A DNA stretch of 64,000 bases from an uncultured Bacilli bacterium. Its GTDB lineage: Bacteria > Bacillota_I > Bacilli_A > RF39 > UBA660. The DNA is taken from positions 77,512-141,511 of the forward strand of contig CAKOLI010000001.1 of assembly GCA_934096265.1 (NCBI GenBank), given 5' to 3'. The notes under the pieces are model-generated. The model made no database searches. It was not told the DNA's origin and was given only the letters and a program-made list of their open reading frames with translations. Position 1 is the first letter of the stretch. Each line of letters begins with the position of its first letter. This document shows, one piece after another, positions 48,961 through 59,074 of the stretch. A program made the position numbers and the translations under genes.

Positions 48961-50167
48961 TTTTGATAAAAATGATCCAATTAATATTGGGTTGTTTTTT
49001 CTTTGCTATCACATAAATAATACAGAAATGAATTTAGTCAATGATTAACTTTAGTTAAATTTATTTTGCATTGACTAAAGAAATGAATGTATTATAATTG
49101 TTAAGCAAAGAAATAATTAATTCTTGTCTTTTTTCTAATGGTGTTTTATATCCTAGAACTGCCATTGGTATTTTATTTGTTCTTTCTAAATATTTTTTGC
49201 CTTTTATTCTTAAATCTTCAAGCGAATCAAATTTTAAATTATTATAAAATCTTTCGTTATCATTTCTATAACTTCTTTCAACTTTTCCATTATGTCTTGG
49301 TGTTCTTGGTTTAATTTTGTGATGGTCAATATCTAATTTTAAACACAATTCACCAAGTGGATGCAACTTCTTCATTTTACTTTGATTCCAAGTGAATTCT
49401 GTTCCATTATCTGTTTGAATTTCTATTGTTTTATATCCGTAATAGGAAATACAACTTTTTACAAAATCTACGGTATTAACTGGCGTGTGTTCATCATACC
49501 AAAAAAGAAATCTTTCTCTAGAAGCTTCATCAATGCATGTATATTGGTAAAACTTTTTATCTTCAGGTATTTTGTTGCTATGGCAACAAGTTGGAACAAA
49601 TTTTACATCAATTTGCCATTTAATTCCTAATTGCTTTGGTGTATCATATTTTTAGGCACATATTTAGATGTATTTTTAATATTTATTTCTTTATAAAAAT
49701 CTAATCTTTTTAATACTCTATATAAGCTTCCAATATGCCTTGAATATCCTCGGTTAATTCTTAATTTATACCATAATTCACATAATGTAATATCAGGATT
49801 TCTTCTTATTAGATTTTTAATCCAAGTTATTTCTTCATCAGTATGAGCGTTAGGATGTTTTGATAATGGTCCATGTGACTTATCTTTTAAAGAATCTTTG
49901 GTTCCATCATATTGTTTATTCCAATGATAAAGGGAAGTCCTAGATATATGGTATTTTCTACATACATAACTAGTTGAATTTCCGTTTCTATAAGTTTTAA
50001 CTGCATTTTCTCTAATATGCAATTCATGAGGCAAATATCTTTTGCTTTTTTCGTTATTTTCATTTATAATATTCATTGTGATTCAAGTCCTTTCGTATAA
50101 ATCGTTTGTTCAACTCAATATTATACGACTTGAATCACTTTTTTTCTATAGAAATGTTTCACATCAA
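48944..50167 (-). mobile_element. IS481-family insertion sequence (1224 bp) with 6-bp target-site duplication
   Basis: Terminal inverted repeats TGATGTGAAACA (48945-48956) and TGTTTCACATCA (50155-50166). Perfect direct repeat TTGTAA at 48938-48943 and 50168-50173. Internal HTH plus rve transposase. Confidence 0.85.
49061..50076 (-). CDS. IS481-like DDE (rve) transposase in two frames joined by a -1 shift
   Basis: orfA is 49627..50076 (HTH; DKSHGPLSKHP). The DDE part continues in the -1 frame as ...KYDTPKQLGIKWQIDVKFVP...IQTDNGTEF...RHNGKVERSY down to 49061. The shift site is CCT AAA AAT on the minus strand (T5 run at 49649-49653 on the plus strand). Confidence 0.8.
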
Positions 50168-50210
50168 TTGTAACACAACACATTTTTAAGATAAATTTAA
50201 TCATTTTTTA

Positions 50211-50366
50211 TTGACAAGTACATATATTTATTATATAATCGTAACTGTGAAACGGAAAGTAGATATTTATCTCACCTGATTGCTAGAGCTTTAGGTAAAA
50301 TGCCAACAAAAGATTATTTTAGGTTTTAGGGATAAATGGGTACTTCGTTTTAAGTATTCATTTTTT
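50211..50366 (+). promoter_or_regulatory. sigma-A promoter plus L20-type leader of the infC operon
   Basis: TTGACA (50211-50216), 17 nt, TATAAT (50234-50239). A ~125-nt structured leader ends in GTACTTCGTTTTAAGTAT plus T8, directly before infC. The position matches the Firmicute L20 leader. Confidence 0.55.
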
Positions 50367-50378
50367 TTGGAGGTGTTA

Positions 50379-50903
50379 ATTATCGCAAAATCTAACGAAA
50401 ACATTATTAATGACCAAATACGTTACAAAGAGATGTTAGTAATTGGTCCAAACGGAGAACAACTAGGACTAAAGAGTAAACAAGATGCTCTTACACTAGC
50501 GGGTTATGCTGGCTTTGACTTAGTACTTATGAGTGATAGTGCTAATCCACCAGTATGTAAAATTATGGATTACAACAAGTTTAAGTATGAAAAGAAGAAG
50601 AAAGTTAAAGAACAACAAAAGAAACAAAGAGAAGCTAATGTTAAGACAAAAGAATACCAATTATCTGTATCTATTGATACACATGACTTTGATACAAGAG
50701 TAAGAAATGCTCATAAGTATTTAGAAAAAGGAGCTAAGATAAAAGGTAGTATTCGTTTTAAAGGACGTCAAATGGCACATCCAGAGTTAGGTAAAGAAGT
50801 ATTAGAACGTTTTGCTAATGCTCTTAGTGATGTATCAGATGTTGAATATAGTCCTAAGTTAGAAGGCAAAAACATGATAATCGGATTAATACCGAAGAAG
50901 TAG
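50379..50903 (+). CDS. infC: translation initiation factor IF-3
   Basis: INDQIRYKEMLVIGPNGEQLG... Probable non-canonical ATT start at 50379, 5 nt after GGAGG (the track ORF starts at TTG 50367). Confidence 0.9.
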   Translation: MIAKSNENIINDQIRYKEMLVIGPNGEQLGLKSKQDALTLAGYAGFDLVLMSDSANPPVCKIMDYNKFKYEKKKKVKEQQKKQREANVKTKEYQLSVSIDTHDFDTRVRNAHKYLEKGAKIKGSIRFKGRQMAHPELGKEVLERFANALSDVSDVEYSPKLEGKNMIIGLIPKK

Positions 50904-50918
50904 AAGGAGGAAACAAAC

Positions 50919-51113
50919 ATGGCAAAAAACAAATTAAAAACACATAAGGGAACAAAGAAAGTTTTAAATATTAGACAAAGTGGTTCAATTACAACTGGCC
51001 ATCCAGGATCTAACCATAATACAGGTAAGCATCCAACAAGTAGAAATAGAAAGAAAAGAACAGGTAATACTCTAAGTAATTCTGATTTAAAGAGAATTAA
51101 GAGTATTATATAG
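50919..51113 (+). CDS. rpmI: 50S ribosomal protein L35
   Basis: 64 aa, basic, [14 protein letters not shown]. Lies between infC and rplT. Confidence 0.9.
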   Translation: MAKNKLKTHKGTKKVLNIRQSGSITTGHPGSNHNTGKHPTSRNRKKRTGNTLSNSDLKRIKSII

Positions 51114-51133
51114 TCAGTAAGGAGAGTGAAAAT

Positions 51134-51646
51134 ATGCCAAGAGTTAAAGGTGGAACAGTAGCCCGTCAAAGAAGAAAAGCAGTATTAAAAGAAGCTAAGG
51201 GTTACTTTGGAAGTAAACATAGATTATACAAAACAGCTCACGAACAAGTAATGCATTCAGGAGCATATGCTTTTCGCGATAGAAGACAAAATAAAAGAAA
51301 CTTTAGAAAATTATGGATAACAAGAATTAATGCTGCATGTCGTGAAAACGAAATCAGTTATTCTAAGTTTATTAATGGTCTTACCCAAGCGGGTATTACT
51401 ATAAATAGAAAGATGTTATCAGAACTTGCTATTGATAACAAAAATGCATTTAGTGATTTAGTTATAATTGCAAAAGATGCCCTAGCTGGAAAAAGTTACG
51501 TTCCTAAGAAAAAAGAAACTAAAAAAGAAGTAAAGGAAGTAAAAAAAGAAGTTAAGAAAGAAACAAAAACAACTTCTAAAAAAACTTCTACTACTACAAA
51601 AAAAGCCCCTGCCAAAAAAGAAACAGTAAAAAAAGAAACTAAATAA
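51134..51646 (+). CDS. rplT: 50S ribosomal protein L20 with a ~50-aa Lys-rich C-terminal extension
   Basis: [26 protein letters not shown].... The tail is [46 protein letters not shown]. Confidence 0.92.
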   Translation: MPRVKGGTVARQRRKAVLKEAKGYFGSKHRLYKTAHEQVMHSGAYAFRDRRQNKRNFRKLWITRINAACRENEISYSKFINGLTQAGITINRKMLSELAIDNKNAFSDLVIIAKDALAGKSYVPKKKETKKEVKEVKKEVKKETKTTSKKTSTTTKKAPAKKETVKKETK

Positions 51647-51655
51647 TTAAAAAGT

Positions 51656-51684
51656 CACTTCATACTTGTATGAGGTGTTTTTTT
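51656..51684 (+). terminator. intrinsic terminator after rplT
   Basis: CACTTCATA-CTTG-TATGAGGTG plus T7. Confidence 0.8.
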
Positions 51685-51765
51685 AAAGCTATATAAAAAT
51701 ATTTTAGTTGCATACAAATATAATCCATGATATAATTTTACTATAGAGAGTAGAGGGTGAAAAGT

Positions 51766-54129
51766 ATGGCTAGTTTATCTACATATTTTGTTAATAATAA
51801 AGAAGATTTACAGGCTAGAAACGATTGCATAATCTTTGGCAGTAATTATCGTATAACAGTTCTTACAGAAAGATTAGTTCGACTAGAATATAGTAAAACT
51901 GGTACTTTTGAAGATAGACCAACTACCTTAGTAGTATCAAGAAAATTCCCCAAACCAGAATTTAGTGCAACTAAAATTAAAGGAGTAGTCCAAATTAAAA
52001 CTAAATATTTTACTCTAAATTACCTAGAAAATAAATCATTTATAGGTAGTAAACTAACTCCAGGTAACACCCTAAATATTAAACTAAATAATACAGAGCG
52101 CTTCTGGTATTATAAAAATAAAGAAGTAAGAAGATTAGAAACTATAAGTACTAGCCTAGATAATAATAATTTTAAGGAAGACAAAGGCCTATTTTCCCTA
52201 GATGGCTTTGCCTCTATAGACGATAGTAACTCTCTTGTTATTGAAAACGATACCTTTATAAAAAGAGATAATAATAATATTGATATCTATGTATTTATAT
52301 ATGGCAAAGACTTTGGAGCTTGTTTAAAAGATTATTTTATCTTAACAGGAAAACCATCTATACCACCTAGATATGCTCTAGGTAACTGGTGGTATAAAAA
52401 TAAACCATATAACGAGGAAGAAATATTATCAGTAGTTAACAAATTTAAAGAAAACCATCTACCTTTATCAGTCTTCCTACTAGGAGACGCTTATCAAGAA
52501 CAAATATATACTAAGAATGAAACACTAATACCTAATCTAACTAACTTAAGTAATACTCTTCTTAGCAATAATATAAAACTAGGTCTAACTATAAATCCTA
52601 ATATGCCTATAACTCCTAGTAACTATCAATATCAAACTATAAAACAAGCCCTAGAATTAAAGAAAGATAAAGATATAAACCTAATTCCCTTTAATCCTAA
52701 AACTCTAGGTATGTACTTTAAACTATATATAAATAATTTAATTAATATGGGTATAGATATATTTAATATAGATTATCTAAATAATAATGATTTAAATGAC
52801 TTATTCTTACTTAACCATTATCACTATGCCATATCTAATACTGAAGCTAAAAGAGGTATGATATTAAGCCGTAATGCCAAAATAGCCCCTCATAGATACC
52901 CAATTATCTTCACAGGTAAAACTAAAGTCAGCTGGGATACATTAAATTATCTACCATCTTATACTTCACAGTCCGCGAATATAGGTGTTTCATTTATATC
53001 ACATGCCATAGGAGGATACTATGATGGTATAGAAGATAATGAACTATACTTAAGATATATAGAACTAGGAACATTTAGCCCTATCCTAATGATATCAAGT
53101 GATAATGGTAAATACTACAAAAGAGAACCATGGAATTATGATATGGGAACACTAAAAATCATCAGTGAATATCTAAACTTAAGAAACAGACTAATTCCAT
53201 ATATCTATAGTGAAAGTTATAACTATTATAAAAATGGTATACCTCTAATTTTACCATTATACTATAGATATCCTAATATATTAGATGAACCCATGTATAA
53301 AAATGAATACTACTTTGGTAGAAACATGCTAGTAGTACCTATTACCAAGAAAAAAGATATAATTATGAATAGAGTAGTACAAAGACTATTTATCCCAGAA
53401 GGTATTTGGTATGACTTCAAAACAGGCAAAAAATTCCCTGGCAATAAATACTACGTAAGCTTTTATAAAGATGAAGACTATCCAGTATTCTGCCAAGCAG
53501 GAAGCATTATCCCGATGTCCCTAAATGAAGGAACATCCACTCCAACAGACCTAGAACTACATATCTTTCCAGGGGCAACTACCAGCTATAATCTATACGA
53601 AGATGATGGAAAAACCAACTTATTTAAAGAAGGATACTTTATAAATACTAGTATAGAATATAACTATCTAGCAAACAACTACACATTAATAATAAGACCT
53701 ATCGAAGGAAAAACTAATATAATAAGTGAATATCGAAATTATAAAATTAGATTTAGAAATATTAAAGAATCTAACCAAGTAATAGTCTATGAAAATGATA
53801 AATTATTAGATAACATAACCTCATATAAAGAAGATAATGACTTTATAGTAACTATAAATCATATTAAAACAACTAGCCAACTAACAATAAACTGTATGGG
53901 TAAAGATATTGAAATAGATGCATCAAGATTAATCAATGAAGAAATAGAAAGTATCCTAATGGACCTTGAAATAGAAACTAAACTAAAAGAAAAAATAGAT
54001 AGCATATTATTTAGCAATTTACCTATTAAAAAGAAAAGAATAGAAATAAGAAAACTAAAGAAATATCACCTAGAAGAAAAATTTATCAAAATGTTTATAA
54101 AACTACTTGAATATATTAATGAAATATAA
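51766..54129 (+). CDS. GH31-family-like protein, cytoplasmic, with atypical catalytic positions
   Basis: GH31-like blocks GNWWYKNKPY, MGIDIFNIDY, RGMILSRNA...IIFTGKTKVSWDTL, SHAIGGYY and FSPILM. No signal peptide. See the finding. Confidence 0.65.
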   Translation: MASLSTYFVNNKEDLQARNDCIIFGSNYRITVLTERLVRLEYSKTGTFEDRPTTLVVSRKFPKPEFSATKIKGVVQIKTKYFTLNYLENKSFIGSKLTPGNTLNIKLNNTERFWYYKNKEVRRLETISTSLDNNNFKEDKGLFSLDGFASIDDSNSLVIENDTFIKRDNNNIDIYVFIYGKDFGACLKDYFILTGKPSIPPRYALGNWWYKNKPYNEEEILSVVNKFKENHLPLSVFLLGDAYQEQIYTKNETLIPNLTNLSNTLLSNNIKLGLTINPNMPITPSNYQYQTIKQALELKKDKDINLIPFNPKTLGMYFKLYINNLINMGIDIFNIDYLNNNDLNDLFLLNHYHYAISNTEAKRGMILSRNAKIAPHRYPIIFTGKTKVSWDTLNYLPSYTSQSANIGVSFISHAIGGYYDGIEDNELYLRYIELGTFSPILMISSDNGKYYKREPWNYDMGTLKIISEYLNLRNRLIPYIYSESYNYYKNGIPLILPLYYRYPNILDEPMYKNEYYFGRNMLVVPITKKKDIIMNRVVQRLFIPEGIWYDFKTGKKFPGNKYYVSFYKDEDYPVFCQAGSIIPMSLNEGTSTPTDLELHIFPGATTSYNLYEDDGKTNLFKEGYFINTSIEYNYLANNYTLIIRPIEGKTNIISEYRNYKIRFRNIKESNQVIVYENDKLLDNITSYKEDNDFIVTINHIKTTSQLTINCMGKDIEIDASRLINEEIESILMDLEIETKLKEKIDSILFSNLPIKKKRIEIRKLKKYHLEEKFIKMFIKLLEYINEI

Positions 54130-54152
54130 TATAATTAACACATATATAAAAA

Positions 54153-54347
54153 AGCACGATTATTAGAAGTAGTAATAATAACTTATTATATAGAAAGTTA
54201 GTGGTAGATGGAAACTAATTAATAATTATTATGAACTTGTCTAATGATTATAATCGGCTAATGGGAATAATCCGTTATCAAAATTAAGAAACAAGGTAGG
54301 ATGGTACCGCGTATATACGCTCCTTATTTAAGGAAGCGTATTTTTTT
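54153..54347 (+). promoter_or_regulatory. T-box riboswitch, Leu (CUU) specifier
   Basis: Specifier loop GAA-CUU-G (CUU at 54236-54238) lies before the UCUAAU/AUUAGA helix. GTGGTAGA distal motif. T-box AACAAGGTAGGATGGTACCGCG. Terminator ACGCTCCTT/AAGGAAGCGT plus T7. Confidence 0.88.
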
Positions 54348-54362
54348 AAAATAGGAGGAAAT

Positions 54363-54716
54363 ATGAATATATTATTAGAATTTATTATAGTCTTTATAAT
54401 ACTCTATATATTAAATTATCTATTCTTTAAAGAACCAAAAACTAAAAAGAAGAAAAAAAACATAAGACCAGAAATAGAATATTTAATAAATCTATATCAA
54501 TTAGACATTAAAAAAATAGGGTATAATAACTTAAAGAAACAATGTATTTTTATGAATGCATTAATAATGAGTAGTATCTATATAATTGTATGCTACTTAG
54601 TAAAAGGCTTTGTCTTTCAAATACTAATAGGCTTTGTCTTATTAATACTATTAATCATCATAGGATATGGCCTATTAGGAAGATACCACAAGAAAAGAGG
54701 AGATAAAAATGTATAA
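54363..54716 (+). CDS. small membrane protein co-transcribed with leuS
   Basis: 117 aa with three TM segments. Its stop overlaps the leuS start (54709). Lies downstream of the Leu T-box. Confidence 0.55.
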   Translation: MNILLEFIIVFIILYILNYLFFKEPKTKKKKKNIRPEIEYLINLYQLDIKKIGYNNLKKQCIFMNALIMSSIYIIVCYLVKGFVFQILIGFVLLILLIIIGYGLLGRYHKKRGDKNV

Positions 54717-57099
54717 TTATAAAAAAGTAGAGAAGAAATGGATTAAGTACTGGAAAGAAAACGAAACATTTAAAACAGATATATGGGACTTTAGCAAACC
54801 TAAATACTATGTACTAGATATGTTTCCATACCCATCAGGAGTAGGATTACACGCAGGACATCCAGAAGGATATACCGCTACTGATATAATCGCAAGATTA
54901 AAAAGAATGCAAGGATATAACGTCCTTCACCCAATGGGTTGGGATGCCTTTGGCCTACCTGCAGAACAATATGCTATAACTACAGGTAACCATCCTAGTA
55001 CCTTTACCCAAAAAAACATAGAAACATTTAAAAACCAATTAATTTCACTAGGCCTTTCATACGATTGGACTAAAGAAATATCTACTGCCGACCCTAAATA
55101 TTACAAATGGACCCAATGGATATTTAAACGCTTATACGAAGATAAACTAGCCATCTACAAAGATATGCCTGTTAATTGGTGTGAAGAACTAGGTACAGTA
55201 TTATCTAACGATGAAATAATAGATGGTAAAAGTGAAAGAGGAGGATACCCCGTTGTAAGAAAAAACATGAAACAATGGGTAATAGATATCCCTAAATATG
55301 CTGAAATATTACTAGATGGCCTAAATGATATTGACTGGCCACTTTCAACCAAAGAAATACAACGAAATTGGATTGGCAAAAGTATAGGAGCACAAATTAA
55401 CTTTAAAGTAGAAAATACAGACTACGAATTCACAGTATTTACTACAAGATGTGATACCCTATATGGAGCAACCTACTGTGTACTAGCACCAGAACATCCT
55501 CTTGTAGCAAAAATAACTACTGAAGATAAAAAAGAAGAAGTATCTGCCTATATCGAAAAATGCTCTAGTAAATCAGAACTAGAAAGAACAGATCTAAACA
55601 AAGACAAAACAGGCGTATTTACTGGTGCCTATGCAATAAATCCTATAAACAACAAAAAAATACCTATCTGGATAAGCGACTACGTCCTATTAAGCTATGG
55701 AACAGGTTCCATCATGGCGGTGCCGGCACATGATGAAAGAGACTATGAATTTGCCAAAAAATTCAACCTAGAAATAATTCCAGTAATAGAAGGGGGAGAC
55801 ATCACCAAAAATGCCTATACTCAAGATGGTATTCATATTAACTCAGGATTTTTAAATGGCCTAGATAAACAAGAAGCAATAAATAAAATGATAGAATATC
55901 TAGAAAAAGAAGGAATAGGCAAATTAAAAGTAAACTATCGTATAAGACAGTGGATATTTGCAAGACAAAGATATTGGGGAGAACCAGTGCCAATAATCCA
56001 CCTAGAAAACGGACAAACAATAGCCCTAAAAGATGAAGAACTACCACTTATCTTACCAGTACTAAAAGATTATAAAAGCAAAAATGGTAAATCTCCACTA
56101 GATAATGATGATAAGTTTAAAAATGTAGTAGTAAATGGCATAAAAGGAGAAAGAGAAACCGCTACTATGCCAGGAGCGGCAGGTTCATCATGGTACTATT
56201 TAAGATATATTGACCCAAATAATGATACATGCCTTGCCAACCAAGAATTACTTAAACATTGGATGCCAGTAGACCTATACGTAGGTGGCCCAGAACATGC
56301 AGTAGGACACTTATTATACTCCAGAATGTGGTGTAACTACTTATATCAAAAAGGTATCTCTCCTGTAAAAGAACCATTCAAAAAACTAGTCCATCAAGGC
56401 ATGATACTAGGAGAAAATGGTCTAAAAATGGGTAAACGCTTCCCAGAATATGTTATAAATCCAACAGATATAGTTAATTCCCATGGAGCAGACGCCCTAA
56501 GACTATACGAAATGTTTATGGGCCCTATTCAAGCGGACAAACCATGGAGTAACCAAGGCATCGATGGAGCTAAAAAATTTATAGATAGAATATATCGTAT
56601 CTTTGAAGCAAACAAAGTAACAGAAGATAACAACAAAAAATTAGAAAAAATATATAACCAAACAGTTAAAGGAGTAACAGAAGACTACGAAAGTCTAAAC
56701 TTTAACACCGCTATATCTAAACTAATGATCTTCGTAAACGCAGTATATAAAGAAGATAATCTACCTAAAGAATATGCCGAAGGCTTTGTCAAATTACTAA
56801 GCCCAGTATGTCCTTTCTTAGGAGAAGAACTATGGCAAACGCTAGGAAATAATAACACCATCACATACGAACCATGGCCTACTTATGATGAGACTAAACT
56901 ACAAGAAGATACAACCACTATCGCGGTACAAGTAAATGGCAAACTAAGAGATACCATCAAAATAAAAATAGATGAAGAAGAAAACATAGTAAAAGACCTA
57001 GCCTTAAACTCTCCTAATACCATTCGCCATCTTGAAAACTTACAAGTAATAAAAATAATATACATAAAAAACAAAATAGTTAACATAGTAGCTAAATAA
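54709..57099 (+). CDS. leuS: leucine--tRNA ligase
   Basis: 796 aa. [16 protein letters not shown] (HIGH), the CP1 block [13 protein letters not shown], and KMGKR at the KMSKS position. Confidence 0.95.
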   Translation: MYNYKKVEKKWIKYWKENETFKTDIWDFSKPKYYVLDMFPYPSGVGLHAGHPEGYTATDIIARLKRMQGYNVLHPMGWDAFGLPAEQYAITTGNHPSTFTQKNIETFKNQLISLGLSYDWTKEISTADPKYYKWTQWIFKRLYEDKLAIYKDMPVNWCEELGTVLSNDEIIDGKSERGGYPVVRKNMKQWVIDIPKYAEILLDGLNDIDWPLSTKEIQRNWIGKSIGAQINFKVENTDYEFTVFTTRCDTLYGATYCVLAPEHPLVAKITTEDKKEEVSAYIEKCSSKSELERTDLNKDKTGVFTGAYAINPINNKKIPIWISDYVLLSYGTGSIMAVPAHDERDYEFAKKFNLEIIPVIEGGDITKNAYTQDGIHINSGFLNGLDKQEAINKMIEYLEKEGIGKLKVNYRIRQWIFARQRYWGEPVPIIHLENGQTIALKDEELPLILPVLKDYKSKNGKSPLDNDDKFKNVVVNGIKGERETATMPGAAGSSWYYLRYIDPNNDTCLANQELLKHWMPVDLYVGGPEHAVGHLLYSRMWCNYLYQKGISPVKEPFKKLVHQGMILGENGLKMGKRFPEYVINPTDIVNSHGADALRLYEMFMGPIQADKPWSNQGIDGAKKFIDRIYRIFEANKVTEDNNKKLEKIYNQTVKGVTEDYESLNFNTAISKLMIFVNAVYKEDNLPKEYAEGFVKLLSPVCPFLGEELWQTLGNNNTITYEPWPTYDETKLQEDTTTIAVQVNGKLRDTIKIKIDEEENIVKDLALNSPNTIRHLENLQVIKIIYIKNKIVNIVAK

Positions 57100-57100
57100 A

Positions 57101-57127
57101 AATGTAGACCAAAATCTACATTTTTTT
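57101..57127 (+). terminator. intrinsic terminator after leuS
   Basis: AATGTAGA-CCAAAA-TCTACATT plus a T run. Confidence 0.85.
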
Positions 57128-57192
57128 AAACATCCTTAACAAAACAATTTATTTATTTAAAGATATATGATAAAATACTATCAGGTGATACA

Positions 57193-58173
57193 ATGAAAAA
57201 GATAATTACTTTATTAACAATATCTATTCTATTAATAGGGTGTACTAATAAAGAAGAAGAAATAACTAAAAATATATTTGCAATGGATACATATATACAA
57301 GTAAAACTATATAAAAATACCAATACCAATAAAGATATACTAGAAAATATAAATAATATGTATTTAGAATATGACAAACTATGTGATATGTATAATCAGT
57401 ATGATAATGTAGTAAATGTATATTACTTAAATGAAATATTAGAAAATGATAAAGAAATAACTATTGATAAAAAACTAAGTGAATTAATTAAATACAGCTT
57501 AGAATCTTATAACAAGACAGATGGCTACTTTAACCCTGCAATAGGAAACATTACCCTTATGTGGCATAATTACTTACAAAATTCTAAAGTACCAAAAGAA
57601 GAAGAATTATCTAACTCAGGCAGCACTAATATAGAAGACATAATCCTAACAGATACAACCTACAAAAAGAAAAACAACGTAAAATTAGACCTAGGAGGGA
57701 TATGCAAAGGCTATACTACCCAAGTTGCTGGAGATTACCTAGAATTACTTGGTATAAAATCATATCTAATTAACGCAGGTGGTAACGTCAAAGTGGGATC
57801 TCACTACAATAATGATAAATACACAATAGGTATACAAGACCCAAGTACAAATGACATTCTAACCAAAGTATATGGAGAAAACATCTCTGTAGTTACCAGT
57901 GGAGACTATCAAAGATATTATGAAGTAGAAGGAATTAAATATAATCATATTATAAACCCTAAAACTAATACACCTTCTAATCAAAACACAAGTGTAACTA
58001 TAATAACCCCATCATCTAGTTATGGAGATATCATGTCTACATATCTCTTTATGCAAGATAAAGATACTATCCTAAACATTGTGGATAATACTCCTGATAT
58101 AGAAGCTATAATTGTAGATAATAAAGGCAATATAACAAAATCAAAAGGTTTTACTAACTATGAAGAAAAGTGA
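57193..58173 (+). CDS. apbE: FAD:protein FMN transferase (ApbE) lipoprotein
   Basis: Lipobox LLIGC. AMDTYIQV, LDLGGICKGYT and TSGDYQRYYE...YNHIINPKT motifs. Confidence 0.85.
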   Translation: MKKIITLLTISILLIGCTNKEEEITKNIFAMDTYIQVKLYKNTNTNKDILENINNMYLEYDKLCDMYNQYDNVVNVYYLNEILENDKEITIDKKLSELIKYSLESYNKTDGYFNPAIGNITLMWHNYLQNSKVPKEEELSNSGSTNIEDIILTDTTYKKKNNVKLDLGGICKGYTTQVAGDYLELLGIKSYLINAGGNVKVGSHYNNDKYTIGIQDPSTNDILTKVYGENISVVTSGDYQRYYEVEGIKYNHIINPKTNTPSNQNTSVTIITPSSSYGDIMSTYLFMQDKDTILNIVDNTPDIEAIIVDNKGNITKSKGFTNYEEK

Positions 58174-58519
58174 TATCATACTAATAATCTCCCTCTTAAT
58201 AATAAGCCTAATTGGAATTATATTTATAAATACCTCTTCCAAAGATTCCAAAACTGCATACGTCTATTATGACAACAAAGAAATCCTAAAAATACATCTA
58301 AATACTAAAAAAACATACACCGTAAAAGGATATTTAGATGACGTAGTTATCGAAACTGATATAGGTAAAATAAGAGTAAAACAAGAAACTAGCCCTAGAC
58401 ACTTATGCCAAAAATGGGGCTGGATAAGCAACGAATATACCCCAATTATATGCCTACCTAACAAAATAGTAATAAAAATTAAAACTAATGAATCTAAAAT
58501 AGATACCGTGGTGAGTTAA
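58160..58519 (+). CDS. NusG domain II-containing membrane-anchored protein
   Basis: GKIRVKQETSPRHLCQKWGWISNEYTPIICLPNKIVIKI is the characteristic NusG-II motif. Confidence 0.75.
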   Translation: MKKSDIILIISLLIISLIGIIFINTSSKDSKTAYVYYDNKEILKIHLNTKKTYTVKGYLDDVVIETDIGKIRVKQETSPRHLCQKWGWISNEYTPIICLPNKIVIKIKTNESKIDTVVS

Positions 58520-59029
58520 ATGAATATAAAAAAAATAAGCAGACTATCTATGCTAACAGCCTTATCTGTAGTAATAGGTATAATAGAAAACTATATAATA
58601 GTACTAAATAACATTATTCCAGGACTAAAACTAGGTCTTGCTAATACAGTAATCATCCTAGTATTATATATATATGGCTTTAAAGATGCCCTATGCGTAT
58701 CCATCCTAAGAGTAATACTAGTATCCCTACTTATAAATGGCTTATTTACAGTTCCTTTTTATTTTAGCTTATCAGGAGCCATCCTAAGTATTATCTCCAT
58801 GGCCCTATTCAAAAAACTAAAAATATTCTCCCAAATATCAGTAAGCGTAATAGGCTCTATTGCCCATAGCATAGGCCAAATTCTAGTAGGAATACTTATA
58901 ATAAATAAATCTATAGTATACTACTTACCATACCTATTAATATTCTCTATAATTACAGGCATAATAACAGGAATAATAAGTAAAAAAATACTACAAAACA
59001 TGTCTACTTTACTAAATAATGTTGCATAA
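58520..59029 (+). CDS. Gx transporter family (Hpre_diP_synt_I-like) membrane protein
   Basis: IPGLKLGLANTVIILVLY...LRVILVSLLINGLF...FSLSGAILS. Confidence 0.75.
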   Translation: MNIKKISRLSMLTALSVVIGIIENYIIVLNNIIPGLKLGLANTVIILVLYIYGFKDALCVSILRVILVSLLINGLFTVPFYFSLSGAILSIISMALFKKLKIFSQISVSVIGSIAHSIGQILVGILIINKSIVYYLPYLLIFSIITGIITGIISKKILQNMSTLLNNVA

Positions 59030-59074
59030 AAAATAAAAATATAATATAATTACTATATCATAAGGAGGATTAAT

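Noticed and set aside
49361-49630. Plus-strand 89-aa ORF inside the IS.
   Set aside because: It is antisense to the DDE domain of the transposase, which reads clearly on the minus strand (…WQIDVKFVP…DNGTEF…).
50379-50381. ATT start codon of infC as an anomaly.
   Set aside because: A non-canonical AUU start is the well-known autoregulatory feature of infC in bacteria, so it is expected here.
56401-56460. LeuRS has KMGKR instead of KMSKS, which might suggest a pseudo-enzyme.
   Set aside because: Both lysines of the loop are retained. The rest of the protein (HIGH, CP1, anticodon-binding domain) is intact, and the gene is T-box regulated. This is most likely a lineage-specific variant.
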